Source: Cupriavidus necator (GTDB lineage: Bacteria > Pseudomonadota > Gammaproteobacteria > Burkholderiales > Burkholderiaceae). From it: 32,000 bases of DNA. Each line of letters begins with the position of its first letter. The first letter of the stretch is position 1. Location: contig NZ_CP066018.1 in NCBI RefSeq assembly GCF_016127575.1, positions 1,320,001-1,352,000 on the forward strand, given 5' to 3'. Below, in pieces: positions 18,289 to 27,175 of the stretch. A program made the translations under genes and the position numbers. The notes beneath the pieces are model-generated. The model saw only the letters and a list, made by a program, of their open reading frames with translations. It did not search any database and was not told where the DNA came from.

Positions 18289-19095
18289 TCAGGGCTCCTG
18301 CGGCGGGTCGGCGCGCCGCGGCTTGCGCGGAGCGCCCGCGGCCAGCGCATCGTAGAGCCAGCGCGGCATCACGTGCAGCAGCGCCGCCACCACGCCCATC
18401 GGCCACGGAATCACGCGGAAGCGCCGTCCTGCCGCGATTACCCGCACGGCCTTGCGCGCGAACACGTCGGCATCGGTCAGGAACGGCATGCGGTACGGGT
18501 TGTGCGCGGTCATCGGCGTGCGGATATAGCCGGGCGCGATCGTGACCACGCGGATGCCGTGCGCGCGCTGCTCCAGCCGCAGGCTTTCCAGCAGCTTGAT
18601 CACCGCCGACTTGGACGCGCTGTAGGCGCCCGCGCCCGGCAGCCCGCGCACGCCGGCGACACTGGCAATGCCCACCAGCGTGCCGCGGCGCCCGAAGTGG
18701 CCGGGCTCGCGCTCCTGCATCGCATGCATGAACGGCTGGAAGGTGGTCAGCACGCCGAACCAGTTGGTATCCATCACCTGGCGGAAGGCGTCGAGGTCCT
18801 CGCGCTCGCTGGCGACGGTGCCGACCGAGACCCCGGCATTGGCGATCACCACGTCCGGGCAGCCGAAATGGCCGAGGAAGTCTCCAGCGGCACGCGCCAT
18901 GGCGTCGGCATCGCGCACATCGGCGCCGTAGACGCGCACCGCGCCCGGGTTGGGCAGCGTGGCGACAAACTCGCGCAGCGCGTCCTCGCGGCGCGCCACC
19001 AGCCCGAGGATGGCGCCTTGCGACGCGTATTCGCGCGCGAGAGCCTGGCCCAGGCCGCTGGAGGCGCCGGTGAGGAAGACTTTGAGGGGACGCAT
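18289..19095 (-). CDS. SDR family oxidoreductase
   Basis: 268 aa. The motifs are TGASSGLGQALA, NAG and YSASK. Confidence 0.88.
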   Translation of the reverse strand: MRPLKVFLTGASSGLGQALAREYASQGAILGLVARREDALREFVATLPNPGAVRVYGADVRDADAMARAAGDFLGHFGCPDVVIANAGVSVGTVASEREDLDAFRQVMDTNWFGVLTTFQPFMHAMQEREPGHFGRRGTLVGIASVAGVRGLPGAGAYSASKSAVIKLLESLRLEQRAHGIRVVTIAPGYIRTPMTAHNPYRMPFLTDADVFARKAVRVIAAGRRFRVIPWPMGVVAALLHVMPRWLYDALAAGAPRKPRRADPPQEP

Positions 19096-19115
19096 GAAGG
19101 CAGGGTTGCAGTCTG

Positions 19116-19149
19116 AAAAAAAACGGCTGGTACAGGATACCAGCCGTTT
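19116..19149 (-). terminator. rho-independent terminator after dsbA
   Basis: On the minus strand a 10-bp stem ACGGCTGGTA/TACCAGCCGT (extendable by A/T pairs) with a 5-nt loop is followed by a run of 8 T. The T run is the complement of the A run at 19116..19123. It lies 52 nt after the dsbA stop. Confidence 0.8.
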
Positions 19150-19200
19150 GGCTTGCTACTGGTGTTGGATAACCCTCGGCTTGCGAAGGTCGCCAGCAGA

Positions 19201-19836
19201 TTACATCTTCTTCGCCTTAACCTGATCCACCAGGTAATCCATGGTCTGGATCGCGCCCTGCTTGTTGCCGGCAATCGACGGCGAGGTCACGTACTTGCCC
19301 TGCACCACCACGGTCGGCACGCCGTCGATCTTGTAGGCGTCGGCGATCTTGTTGGCGCGCTGCGAGTTGGTGGTCACCGTGAACGAGTTGTAGGCATCCA
19401 GGAAGGCCTTGCGGTCCACGCCGTTCTTGGCCATGAAGTCGGCGATCTCGTTGGGGTCCGTCATGCGCTTGCGGTCCACGTGGATGGCGTTGAAGACCTT
19501 GTTGTGCATGGCGTCGAGCTTGCCGATGGCTTCCAGCGCATAGAAGATCTTGGTGTGCGGCAGCAGGTCGTCACGGAACGCGACCGGCACGCGCTTGAAG
19601 ACCACGTTGCCGCCCTGCTTCCTGACCCAGGCTTCCAGGTCCGGCTCGAAATCGTAGCAGTGCGGGCAGCCGTACCAGAAGAACTCGGTCACCTCGATCT
19701 TGCCCGCGGCGACCGGTTGGGCCGCCTTCAGGACCTGGTATTCCTTGCCCTCGGCGGGCGCCGCCCGGGACGGGGCGGACATCAGCAGGCCGCCCACGGC
19801 GGCGAACATGGCGAACAGTGCGGCGAGTTTTTTCAT
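19201..19836 (-). CDS. dsbA: thiol:disulfide interchange protein DsbA
   Basis: 211 aa. The signal peptide is MKKLAALFAMFAAVGGLLMSAPSRA and the active site is WYGCPHCY. Confidence 0.93.
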   Translation of the reverse strand: MKKLAALFAMFAAVGGLLMSAPSRAAPAEGKEYQVLKAAQPVAAGKIEVTEFFWYGCPHCYDFEPDLEAWVRKQGGNVVFKRVPVAFRDDLLPHTKIFYALEAIGKLDAMHNKVFNAIHVDRKRMTDPNEIADFMAKNGVDRKAFLDAYNSFTVTTNSQRANKIADAYKIDGVPTVVVQGKYVTSPSIAGNKQGAIQTMDYLVDQVKAKKM

Positions 19837-20002
19837 CTTGGTGCGGCCTTGCGGTTGGACGATGAGCGTATGACAGCGGCGGCGGCGTCCGGTTCAGCGA
19901 AACGCCGGCTGCTTCTGGTGACAACGTGTTGCGGCGGTTACCGGCGATTACTGCCAGTGCCGCCGGACACGACCGGAATAACGCCTGACCCTGCGGTCCG
20001 GC

Positions 20003-20728
20003 TTACTGCTTGGTGAAGCGGATCACCGAGGCCTCGAAGCCGGACGACTGCAGCCGGTCGCGTGCCTTGTTCATGTCTTCGATGCGGTTGAACGGCCCCA
20101 GGCGCACCCGGTACATCTTGACGCCGTTGACATCGCGCTCGGTGATCCGGGCTTCGAAGCCCTGCATCGCCAGGTTGGCCTTCTGGCGGTCGGCGTCGTC
20201 CGACGAGCGGAACGCGCCCACCTGCAGCAGGTAGCCCACCTTGTTGGCATCGGCCTGGGCGATCTCGGCGATCGGGTCGGCCACCGGCTTCTCGGCCGGC
20301 TTGCTGGCGACAGGCTTGTCAGCCGGCTTCTCCACGGGCTTTTCCACCGGCTTCTCGGCCGGACGGGCGACGGCCACCGGGGGTTGCTGGCCGTTCTGGC
20401 CATGCTGGCCGTTCTGCTTCGGTTCCGGCTCGGGCGCCTGGCCCACCGGCTTGGCCGGGGTCTTGCTCCACAGCGGCTTGTTGGGGTCGCTCGGGCCCTC
20501 GTCGGCGCGCTGGGCCGGCGGCGGCAGCTGGCTGGTGACATTGCCCGGCTCGCTCGGGCGCGGGGCACTCTTCTGCTGGAACGGGGTCGGAGACTTGGTG
20601 ATGTACAGGGCGACCACCACGGCGATGGCCAGCCCGACGATCAGCCCGAGCACCAGGCCCAGGAACGTACCGCCGCGTTGCTGGTTGCGGCGGACATGGC
20701 GCGACTCGCGCTTGCGTTGCTGTTGCAT
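20003..20728 (-). CDS. SPOR domain-containing membrane protein (FtsN/DedD-like)
   Basis: 241 aa. It has a basic N-terminus, one TM helix (GTFLGLVLGLIVGLAIAVVVALYI), a Pro/Lys/Glu-rich linker with EKPV repeats, and a C-terminal SPOR fold (YLLQVGAFRSSDDADRQKANLAMQGFEARI...YRVRLGPF). Confidence 0.88.
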   Translation of the reverse strand: MQQQRKRESRHVRRNQQRGGTFLGLVLGLIVGLAIAVVVALYITKSPTPFQQKSAPRPSEPGNVTSQLPPPAQRADEGPSDPNKPLWSKTPAKPVGQAPEPEPKQNGQHGQNGQQPPVAVARPAEKPVEKPVEKPADKPVASKPAEKPVADPIAEIAQADANKVGYLLQVGAFRSSDDADRQKANLAMQGFEARITERDVNGVKMYRVRLGPFNRIEDMNKARDRLQSSGFEASVIRFTKQ

Positions 20729-20752
20729 GAAGTCCTCTTCGGTGATGCCGGG

Positions 20753-20758
20753 ATTATA
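20753..20758 (-). promoter_or_regulatory. possible -10 box for the SPOR gene
   Basis: The minus strand reads a perfect TATAAT 25 nt upstream of ATG 20728, with a GAGGA Shine-Dalgarno in between. No convincing -35 was found. Confidence 0.3.
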
Positions 20759-20844
20759 GGGCCAGCGCCGCCAACGGCAGCACTGGCATCGTCCTCGGGG
20801 CCGGACAGCCCCGTACCCCCGCGCGGGGGGCGCCGGACGCCTGC

Positions 20845-22632
20845 TTACATCCGGCGCGGGGCGGACACGCCGATCACCGCCAGGCCATTGCGCAGCACCT
20901 GGCGCGTGGCCGCCAGCAGCGCCAGCCGGGCGCGCTTGACGGCCTCGTCGTCAACCAGCACGCGGTCGGCGTTGTAGAAGGCGTGGAAGTCGCCGGCCAG
21001 GTCGCGCAGGTAGAAGGCGACCGCATGCGGCGCCAGCTCGGCGGCGGCGCCCGACAGCATGTCCGGGAACTCGGCCAGACGGCGGCCCAGCGCCTGCGCC
21101 TGGGCGCTGGCTTCGGGTCCGGTCACGGCGGACAGGTCGGCGCCGGCCAGCTCGGCCAGGCGGGCTTCCCAGTCCGCGCCGCCCCACGACTCGAAGATCG
21201 AGCAGATGCGGGCGTGGGCGTACTGCACGTAGTACACCGGGTTCTCGTCGTTCTGCTTGAGCGCCAGGTCGACATCGAAAACGAACTCGGTATCGGCCTT
21301 GCGCGACAGCAGGAAGAAGCGCACCGCGTCGCGGCCGCGGGTGAAGTGCTGCGGCCAGTCGGCCACGCCGGTATCCAGGCAGCCGCGGATGGTCTCGTCG
21401 CCGCCGTTGGACCATTCGATCAGGTCGCGCACGGTGACATAGGAGCCGGCGCGCTTGGAGATCTTGACCTCCTCGCCGTTCTTCATCACGGTGACCATCT
21501 TGTGCAGCACGTAGTCGGGATAGCCCTGCGGGATGCCCATGTCCAGGCCTTGCAGGCCGGCGCGCACGCGCGCGATGGTGCCGTGGTGGTCGCTGCCCTG
21601 CACGTTGATGACCTTGGTGAAGCCGCGCTCCCACTTGGTGGTGTGGTAGGCGACGTCCGGCACGAAGTACGTATAGGTGCCGTCGCTCTTCTTCATCACG
21701 CGGTCCTTGTCGTCGCCGTCGTCGGTGGTGCGCAGCCACAGCGCGCCCTCGCTCTCGTAGGTCTTGCCCTTGCCGACCAGCGACTGCACCGCGGCTTCGA
21801 CACGGCCGTCGCTGTACAGCGACGACTCCAGGTAATAGCGGTCGAACTTGACGCCGAAGGCCTGCAGGTCGATGTCCTGCTCGTTGCGCAGGTAGGTGAC
21901 GGCAAACTTGCGGATCGAGTCGATGTCCTCGACGTTGCCCGACGCGGTCACGGGCTCGCCGTCAGAAGCGCTGACGGTCTTGCCGGCCAGGAAGTCGGCG
22001 GCGATGTCGGCGATGTAGTCGCCGTTGTAGGCGGCCTCGGGCCAGCTGGCGTCGCCGGGCTTGAGGCCGCGCGCGCGCGCCTGCACCGACAGCGCCAGGG
22101 TCTGGATCTGCACGCCGGCGTCGTTGTAGTAGAACTCGCGGTGCACGTGCCAGCCCTGCCACGACAGCAGGTTGGCCAGCGCGTCGCCCAGTGCCGCCTG
22201 GCGGCCATGGCCGACGTGCAGCGGGCCGGTCGGGTTGGCCGAGACGAACTCCACCAGCACCTGGCCGTGCACGCCGCGCTCGCGCGCGCCGTAGTGGTCG
22301 CCCTCGGCCAGCACCGCGCGCAGCACGTCGGCCTTGGCGGCCGGGGTCAGGCGCAGGTTGATGAAGCCGGGGCCGGCAATCTCCATGGCCTGGACCAGGC
22401 CCTGCGCGCGCGTGTCGGCCTGCACGGCATCGACGATGCGCTGGGCCAGCTCGCGCGGATTGCTCTTGAGCGCGCGCGCGACCTGCATGGCGACGTTGCA
22501 GGCAAGGTCGCCGTGGGCGGCCACCTTGGGCCGCTCGAAGGTGACGGCGGGCAGGGTGGCATCGGCCGGGGCGAGCGCGCGCACCGCATCAGTGAACGCG
22601 GCGGCAAGATTGGAGGTCTGAACAGGCAGCAT
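20845..22632 (-). CDS. argS: arginine--tRNA ligase
   Basis: 595 aa from ATG 22632 ([20 protein letters not shown]...) within track ORF 20845..23247. The blocks are [11 protein letters not shown] and the class I motif [14 protein letters not shown], and a DALR-type C-terminal domain ends in RRM. Confidence 0.95.
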   Translation of the reverse strand: MLPVQTSNLAAAFTDAVRALAPADATLPAVTFERPKVAAHGDLACNVAMQVARALKSNPRELAQRIVDAVQADTRAQGLVQAMEIAGPGFINLRLTPAAKADVLRAVLAEGDHYGARERGVHGQVLVEFVSANPTGPLHVGHGRQAALGDALANLLSWQGWHVHREFYYNDAGVQIQTLALSVQARARGLKPGDASWPEAAYNGDYIADIAADFLAGKTVSASDGEPVTASGNVEDIDSIRKFAVTYLRNEQDIDLQAFGVKFDRYYLESSLYSDGRVEAAVQSLVGKGKTYESEGALWLRTTDDGDDKDRVMKKSDGTYTYFVPDVAYHTTKWERGFTKVINVQGSDHHGTIARVRAGLQGLDMGIPQGYPDYVLHKMVTVMKNGEEVKISKRAGSYVTVRDLIEWSNGGDETIRGCLDTGVADWPQHFTRGRDAVRFFLLSRKADTEFVFDVDLALKQNDENPVYYVQYAHARICSIFESWGGADWEARLAELAGADLSAVTGPEASAQAQALGRRLAEFPDMLSGAAAELAPHAVAFYLRDLAGDFHAFYNADRVLVDDEAVKRARLALLAATRQVLRNGLAVIGVSAPRRM

Positions 22633-22771
22633 GGATGTCGGAAGCCCTGTGGGCAAGGTATTCAGGCACCGCCTTGGGCGGCGCCGTCGCCCGGAAGGCG
22701 GCAAGTGACGGCAAAGGAACAGTGAGCGCCGCGCCGCGCCGCGTGACAGGCATTGGAATCGGGAACGCCGA

Positions 22772-22780
22772 ATTTTATCA
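22772..22780 (-). promoter_or_regulatory. extended -10 element TGATAAAAT upstream of argS
   Basis: Read on the minus strand, about 140 nt upstream of the argS ATG. It is part of a 13-mer that is identical to one upstream of metH. Confidence 0.35.
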
Positions 22781-22896
22781 GGTGCTATGCTGACATCATG
22801 CGCGAGGATGGCCCCGGGCCACAATCCGGGCCCAAAATCAGCGAGACTTCCCGCCCGCGGGAACGCCCCCGCCTCTCCGTGAAAGGAAAACACATC

Positions 22897-23217
22897 ATGC
22901 TGATCACCTTCAAATCCCACGCCGCGCAGGACCTGATCATGATGAAGGATCTGGCGATGACGCTGCTGGGCATCATCGGCAAGCGCCTCGGGGAACGAGG
23001 GGTGATCACCGTGGAAGAGCTTCCAACCGCGATCCACAAGCTGGAAGCCGCGGTCGCCGATGCCAAGGCCCATCCCGCCAGCTCGGCCGTCGAAGCGGAC
23101 ACCGGCAACGACGAAGACGAGGAAGAACCGCTGCACCTGGGCCAGCGCGCCTACCCGTTCCTGGACATGCTGCGTGCCTCCCAGCGTGAGGGGGCCAATG
23201 TGATGTGGGGGGTGTGA
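22897..23217 (+). CDS. DUF1840 domain-containing small protein
   Basis: 106 aa from ATG 22897 ([29 protein letters not shown]...), with AAGGA 9 nt upstream. The upstream part of track ORF 22753..23217 is AT-rich promoter DNA. The family assignment is from memory of the MxxxFKSxA...I.M N-terminus. Confidence 0.7.
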   Translation: MLITFKSHAAQDLIMMKDLAMTLLGIIGKRLGERGVITVEELPTAIHKLEAAVADAKAHPASSAVEADTGNDEDEEEPLHLGQRAYPFLDMLRASQREGANVMWGV

Positions 23218-23262
23218 CGGGAACAGACACCCGCTTGCGTGCGGCACGATCGCCGCGCGCCT

Positions 23263-23297
23263 AAAAAAGCGCCCGGCACCGCAGTGGGCTGCCGGGC
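23263..23297 (-). terminator. rho-independent terminator of the DUF1328-DUF883 operon; may also stop the convergent DUF1840 gene
   Basis: The stem GCCCGGCA/TGCCGGGC (23271..23278 and 23290..23297) is followed on the minus strand by GC and TTTTTT. Confidence 0.7.
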
Positions 23298-23393
23298 TTC
23301 CGGACGAGGATTCCGGAAAGGGGGATTCCCTTGCAGGACCCGCCCGGCGTGCCGGACGGGTCCCGGTATCGGTCTGGTGGCTGGGGGGCGGGC

Positions 23394-23822
23394 CTAATCC
23401 TCCTCTGAATGGCGCCGGCCATTGGCCAGCAGCAGCCCGATCAGCGCCCCCACGGCCGCCGCGATCGCCACCGCCTTCAGCGGCGACTCGGCCACGCGGT
23501 GCTGGGCGTGTTCTACCGCACCATCCATGCGCTCGCGGGCGCGCATCATGCCGTCGGTGGTCTGGGCGCGCAGCCGATGGGCCATGTCGGTGGCCCGCTC
23601 GCGCAGGCGCTGCCCGGCGCGCATGCTCTCGGCAGAGCCCTCGCGCGCCAGCACTTCGATGGTGTGCTCCAGCTGGGCGATCAGCGCCTTGACCTCGCCG
23701 GATACCGGCGCTGCCGCGTCGCGCGTGTCGCGCGCGGCATGCCTGATATGGCGGATGGCACTGTCGGCACTGTCGGACAGGTGGTTCAGTTCCTTCCTGA
23801 CTTTCGGGTTCTGCGTCAGCAT
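23394..23822 (-). CDS. DUF883 family membrane-anchored protein (ElaB/YqjD-like)
   Basis: 142 aa. It has a long helical region and a C-terminal anchor [24 protein letters not shown], as in ElaB/YqjD. Confidence 0.8.
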   Translation of the reverse strand: MLTQNPKVRKELNHLSDSADSAIRHIRHAARDTRDAAAPVSGEVKALIAQLEHTIEVLAREGSAESMRAGQRLRERATDMAHRLRAQTTDGMMRARERMDGAVEHAQHRVAESPLKAVAIAAAVGALIGLLLANGRRHSEED

Positions 23823-23874
23823 ACGGTCTCCTCAGTTTCGGTCGGCGGTGGGGAAAGACGGCTCGCGGCCGGTG

Positions 23875-24042
23875 TCATCGCCCCCTGCGGACCAGGCCCA
23901 TCACCGCGGCGACCAGCGCCACGACCAGGAAGATGAAGAACAGGATCTTGGCGATTTCCACGGCGCCGGCGGCAATTCCGCCGAAGCCGAAGATCGCGGC
24001 GATCAGGGCGATGACGAAAAATACGAGTGCATATTGCAGCAT
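23875..24042 (-). CDS. DUF1328 small membrane protein (YtjA-like, UPF0391)
   Basis: 55 aa from the internal ATG 24042 ([55 protein letters not shown]), which aligns closely with E. coli YtjA. GGGAG lies 7 nt upstream. Confidence 0.8.
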   Translation of the reverse strand: MLQYALVFFVIALIAAIFGFGGIAAGAVEIAKILFFIFLVVALVAAVMGLVRRGR

Positions 24043-24326
24043 GGCTAGGCTCCCGAAGCAATCGGACCACGCCAGGCGCACTGGCTGGGCCCATGTGAGG
24101 GCTTGCGCCAAGGGGTGCAAGCTCATAGCCTCATCGTAGAAAGCCAGCCCGCGCACCAATACTGACAGCGAGCCGATTCCGCTGTCAGCCGAGTCCTACA
24201 CGCACCCGGACGACGCCCGCGCGGGCCCGGCTTCAAGGTTGACCCATGGCGATCGATGTGATTCCATGGGCGCTCCCTGGCGCTGCGGCGGGCGAGCGGC
24301 GCGCCTTCACTAAACAGGAATTGCCC

Positions 24327-25730
24327 ATGTTCAAGCAGTCCTTTCTCCCCCACACGCTGCTGCTGGCGGGCGGCATCCTGCTGACGCTGGCGGTGCTGGT
24401 GGCGTCGGAAACCGGCAATATCCGCCTGCGCGAAAGCTATACCGACGTGATCCGCTCGCAGCGCGTGCAGACCGAGCTGGCCGCGCTCAACGGCGAGCTG
24501 GTCAATGCCGAGGCCGGCCAGCGCGGCTTCCTGCTGACCGGCAAGGAAAGCTACCTTGAGCCGTACTACAAGGCCCTGCCGCGCATCGCCGAACTGATGG
24601 CGCAGATCCGCGCCGGCTATGCCAACGATCCCGAAGGCCTGAAACAGTTCAGCGACACCTCCAAGCTGATCAACAGCAAGCTCAACGAGATGGCGCTGAC
24701 GCTGGTTTACGGCAAGCGCGACCTGGAAGTGGCGCTGGACCTGATCCGCACCGACTACGGCAAAGAGACCATGGACAATGCGCGCCGCGGCCTGGACCAG
24801 CTGCAGGCGCGCGAGGCCGGCGCGGTCTCGCACCGGCTGGAAGGCGCCGAGAACGACGTGCAGCTGTCGCGCTACGGCATCGGCCTGCTTACCGCCATCA
24901 ACATCACCCTGATGATGGCGGTGGGCGTGGGCCACGCCAAGCGCCTGTCGATGGCTGAGGCGGTGCGCACCCAGCTGGAAGAGGAAGGCGTGCGGCTGGA
25001 CCGCAAGGTGCGCGCACGCACGCGCCAGCTGTCGGCGCTGGCCGCCCACCTGCAGCGCGTGACCGAGGACGAGAAGACACGCCTGGCGCGCGAGCTGCAC
25101 GATGAACTGGGCGCCATCCTGACCGCGATCAAGCTGGATCTGCACTGGGTGCGCCGCAAGGTGCAGGAGGACCATCCGGTGGCGGCCGAGCGGCTGACGC
25201 GCGTGATGCTGCACGTGGACCAGGGCATCCAGATCAAGCGCCGCCTGATCGAAGACCTGCGCCCCACGGTGCTGCTGAACCTGGGCCTGCGCGCGGCGGT
25301 CTGCCAGCTGGTCGAGGAAGTGGGCGCGCGCAATGACTGGGAGACCGATGTCAGCGTGCCCGAGGACCTGCCTCCACTGCGCGACGAGGCCGCGATCGCG
25401 CTATACCGGATCGTGCAGGAATCGCTGACCAATGCCAGCAAGTACTCTGAAGCCAGGCACATCGATGTCAGCCTGGCCTGCCAGGACAACCTGCTGACGC
25501 TGACCGTGCGCGACGACGGCAAGGGCCTGCCGGCGGACTTCGACGCCGGCAGCACCGCCGGCCACCACGGGCTGCTGGGCATGGAGCAGCGCGTTACCGC
25601 GCTGGGCGGCAGCATGCAGATCGATTCCTCGACGCAGGCGGGCGTGCGCATCCACATCGAGGTGCCGCTGACGGAAGCGGTGCTGGCACCGGCGGAGGCG
25701 CCGGAAAATCAGGAGCCGGCGCGCGCCTGA
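24327..25730 (+). CDS. sensor histidine kinase, CHASE3 periplasmic domain plus HisKA_3/HATPase core
   Basis: 467 aa from ATG 24327 (MFKQSFLPHTLLL...), with AGGAA upstream. There are two TM segments. The CHASE3 signature is EAGQRGFLLTGKESYLEPYYKA, the H-box is ARELHDELGAILTAIK, the N-box is VQESLTNASKYSEA, and G-boxes DDGKGLP and GLLGMEQRVTALGG are present. The stretch 24246..24326 has low third-position GC, so I exclude it. Confidence 0.9.
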   Translation: MFKQSFLPHTLLLAGGILLTLAVLVASETGNIRLRESYTDVIRSQRVQTELAALNGELVNAEAGQRGFLLTGKESYLEPYYKALPRIAELMAQIRAGYANDPEGLKQFSDTSKLINSKLNEMALTLVYGKRDLEVALDLIRTDYGKETMDNARRGLDQLQAREAGAVSHRLEGAENDVQLSRYGIGLLTAINITLMMAVGVGHAKRLSMAEAVRTQLEEEGVRLDRKVRARTRQLSALAAHLQRVTEDEKTRLARELHDELGAILTAIKLDLHWVRRKVQEDHPVAAERLTRVMLHVDQGIQIKRRLIEDLRPTVLLNLGLRAAVCQLVEEVGARNDWETDVSVPEDLPPLRDEAAIALYRIVQESLTNASKYSEARHIDVSLACQDNLLTLTVRDDGKGLPADFDAGSTAGHHGLLGMEQRVTALGGSMQIDSSTQAGVRIHIEVPLTEAVLAPAEAPENQEPARA

Positions 25731-25779
25731 CGCGCACCGGCAGGCAGGGAATGATGAAGGAACGAGGGGCTGGGCCGGC

Positions 25780-26187
25780 TCAGGGCGCCGGCGCCGCGTG
25801 CTCCTCGATCACGCGGAACACCTGCTCGAGCTCGAGCGACTTGTCGAAGAAGTAGTCCGCGCCGGCCTCGGCGCACTGGCGGCGGTACATGCTGACCTGG
25901 GCGTGGTTGGTGTAGACGATGCGCACCGCGCCGGTGCCGATGCGCTGCATCGCGCGCAGCACATTGATGCCGTTGCCCTGGCGCAGCTGCAGGTCGACGA
26001 TGACCACATCGTACTTGCCGGCGGCGAGCAGCCGCAGGGCCATGGCTTCGGTATCGGCCCAGTCCACGTTCTCGATGAACGGGAAATCCTTCAGGTATTC
26101 GAGCAGCATGCCTCGCAGGACCGCCGAGTCTTCAATCAGCAGTATGCTCAGCGCCCGGTAGGAAGTGTTCGAAGCCTGCTCCGACAT
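25780..26187 (-). CDS. stand-alone response-regulator receiver protein (CheY-like)
   Basis: 135 aa from ATG 26187 (MSEQASNTSYRALSILLIEDS...DVVIVDLQL...). The 12 codons back to the alternative ATG 26223 are mostly A-ending, which is atypical here, so I prefer 26187. Confidence 0.82.
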   Translation of the reverse strand: MSEQASNTSYRALSILLIEDSAVLRGMLLEYLKDFPFIENVDWADTEAMALRLLAAGKYDVVIVDLQLRQGNGINVLRAMQRIGTGAVRIVYTNHAQVSMYRRQCAEAGADYFFDKSLELEQVFRVIEEHAAPAP

Positions 26188-26232
26188 GTTATGTATTGCT
26201 GGTCCTCGTCCGGTGCGGCCCATCGTGGGCTG

Positions 26233-26865
26233 CTATTCGACCAGGCCGTTCTTGATGGCGTAATAGGTCAGGTCAGCGTTGGTCTTCATGCCCATTTTCT
26301 CGAGAATGCGCGAACGATAGGTACTGACGGTCTTGACGCTGAGAAACAGTTCGTCGGCAATCACCGACACCGACTGCCCCCGCGACAGCTTGCAGAAGAT
26401 CTGGAACTCGCGCTCCGACAGCATCTGGTGCACCGGCTGCTCGGTCGGCTTGTCGAGCCCGCCGATCAGCAGGTCGGCCACGGTGGCGCTCACGTAGCGG
26501 CGGCCCTGGGCCACCGTGCGGATGGCCTTGACCAGGTCGTCCGGGGCGCTTTCCTTGGTCAGGTAGCCAGAAGCGCCGGCACGGATCAGGTTGATCGCGT
26601 ACTGGTCTTCCGGGTAGGTCGACAGGATCAGGACCGGCAATTCGGGCTTGCGCTGACGGATCAGCTTGAGCACGTCGATGCCGTTGCGGTCGGGCATCGA
26701 GATGTCCAGGACCAGCACGTCGAACTCGGCATCGCGCAACTGCGCCATGACCTGGTCGCCGCTTCCGGCTTCGCCTGTCACCTGGATGTCGGGCTCTTCG
26801 GAAAGGAACTGGCGCAGCCCGGCACGCACAATCTCGTGATCGTCAGCGATCAGGATGCGGATCAT
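26233..26865 (-). CDS. NarL/FixJ-family response regulator (REC plus LuxR-type HTH)
   Basis: 210 aa from ATG 26865 (MIRILIADDHEIVRAGL...), with GGAG 6 nt upstream. The phospho-acceptor context is DVLVLDISMPD. The HTH is LSEREFQIFCKLSRGQSVSVIADELFLSVKTVSTYRSRILEKMG. Confidence 0.9.
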   Translation of the reverse strand: MIRILIADDHEIVRAGLRQFLSEEPDIQVTGEAGSGDQVMAQLRDAEFDVLVLDISMPDRNGIDVLKLIRQRKPELPVLILSTYPEDQYAINLIRAGASGYLTKESAPDDLVKAIRTVAQGRRYVSATVADLLIGGLDKPTEQPVHQMLSEREFQIFCKLSRGQSVSVIADELFLSVKTVSTYRSRILEKMGMKTNADLTYYAIKNGLVE

Positions 26866-27034
26866 GTGGGCTCCACTGGGTTGAACAGACCGGCACATGC
26901 CCGGTGCAGTCGGGTGCAGGCGGAACCGCCTGCGTTGATGTCATTGTAGTGCCGGGCGCGGGCGCGGGCTGTCGGTGTCAGGCTGACATTAGGCGGGGCC
27001 AGCGCCCACTAGGCACACTGATCGCGCACAAACG

Positions 27035-27067
27035 CAAAGCGGGACGGATGCGATCCGTCCCGCTTTG
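27035..27067 (-). terminator. perfect 15-bp-stem hairpin, probable terminator of the secreted-repeat-protein gene
   Basis: CAAAGCGGGACGGAT-GCG-ATCCGTCCCGCTTTG lies 109 nt after the stop at 27176. Only a weak T tract (CGTTTGTG) follows on the minus strand. Confidence 0.5.
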
Positions 27068-27175
27068 CTGCGGCGCGTCAGGGCTGAAACACCCTGGAGG
27101 GCCCTGGCGCCGCCGGCGCCGGTAAAAGGTCGGGCTAGTAGCTGGTTGCCAGTGACTGTGGACTAGCGCGCCAGG

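Noticed and set aside
20845-23247. 800-aa version of argS, and the other N-terminally extended track ORFs (3836..6133, 5497..6681, 10004..11860, 15097..15948, 17453..18406, 30666..32000).
   Set aside because: The extensions cross intergenic promoters or neighbouring genes, lack homology-like sequence, and have internal ATGs with Shine-Dalgarno sites that match the expected family N-termini.
24246-24326. Upstream ATG (24246) as the kinase start, and ATG 26223 as the start of the stand-alone receiver.
   Set aside because: The extra codons are rich in A/T-ending rare codons, unlike the rest of each gene. The downstream ATG of the kinase has an AGGAA ribosome-binding site.
26904-27125. 73-aa ORF in the 310-nt gap upstream of the NarL-type regulator, and a possible plus-strand small RNA ending at the 27035..27067 hairpin.
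   Set aside because: The ORF has no ribosome-binding site and an Arg/Gly-rich sequence. I could not find a convincing plus-strand promoter, so the hairpin is more simply the terminator of the minus-strand secreted-protein gene.
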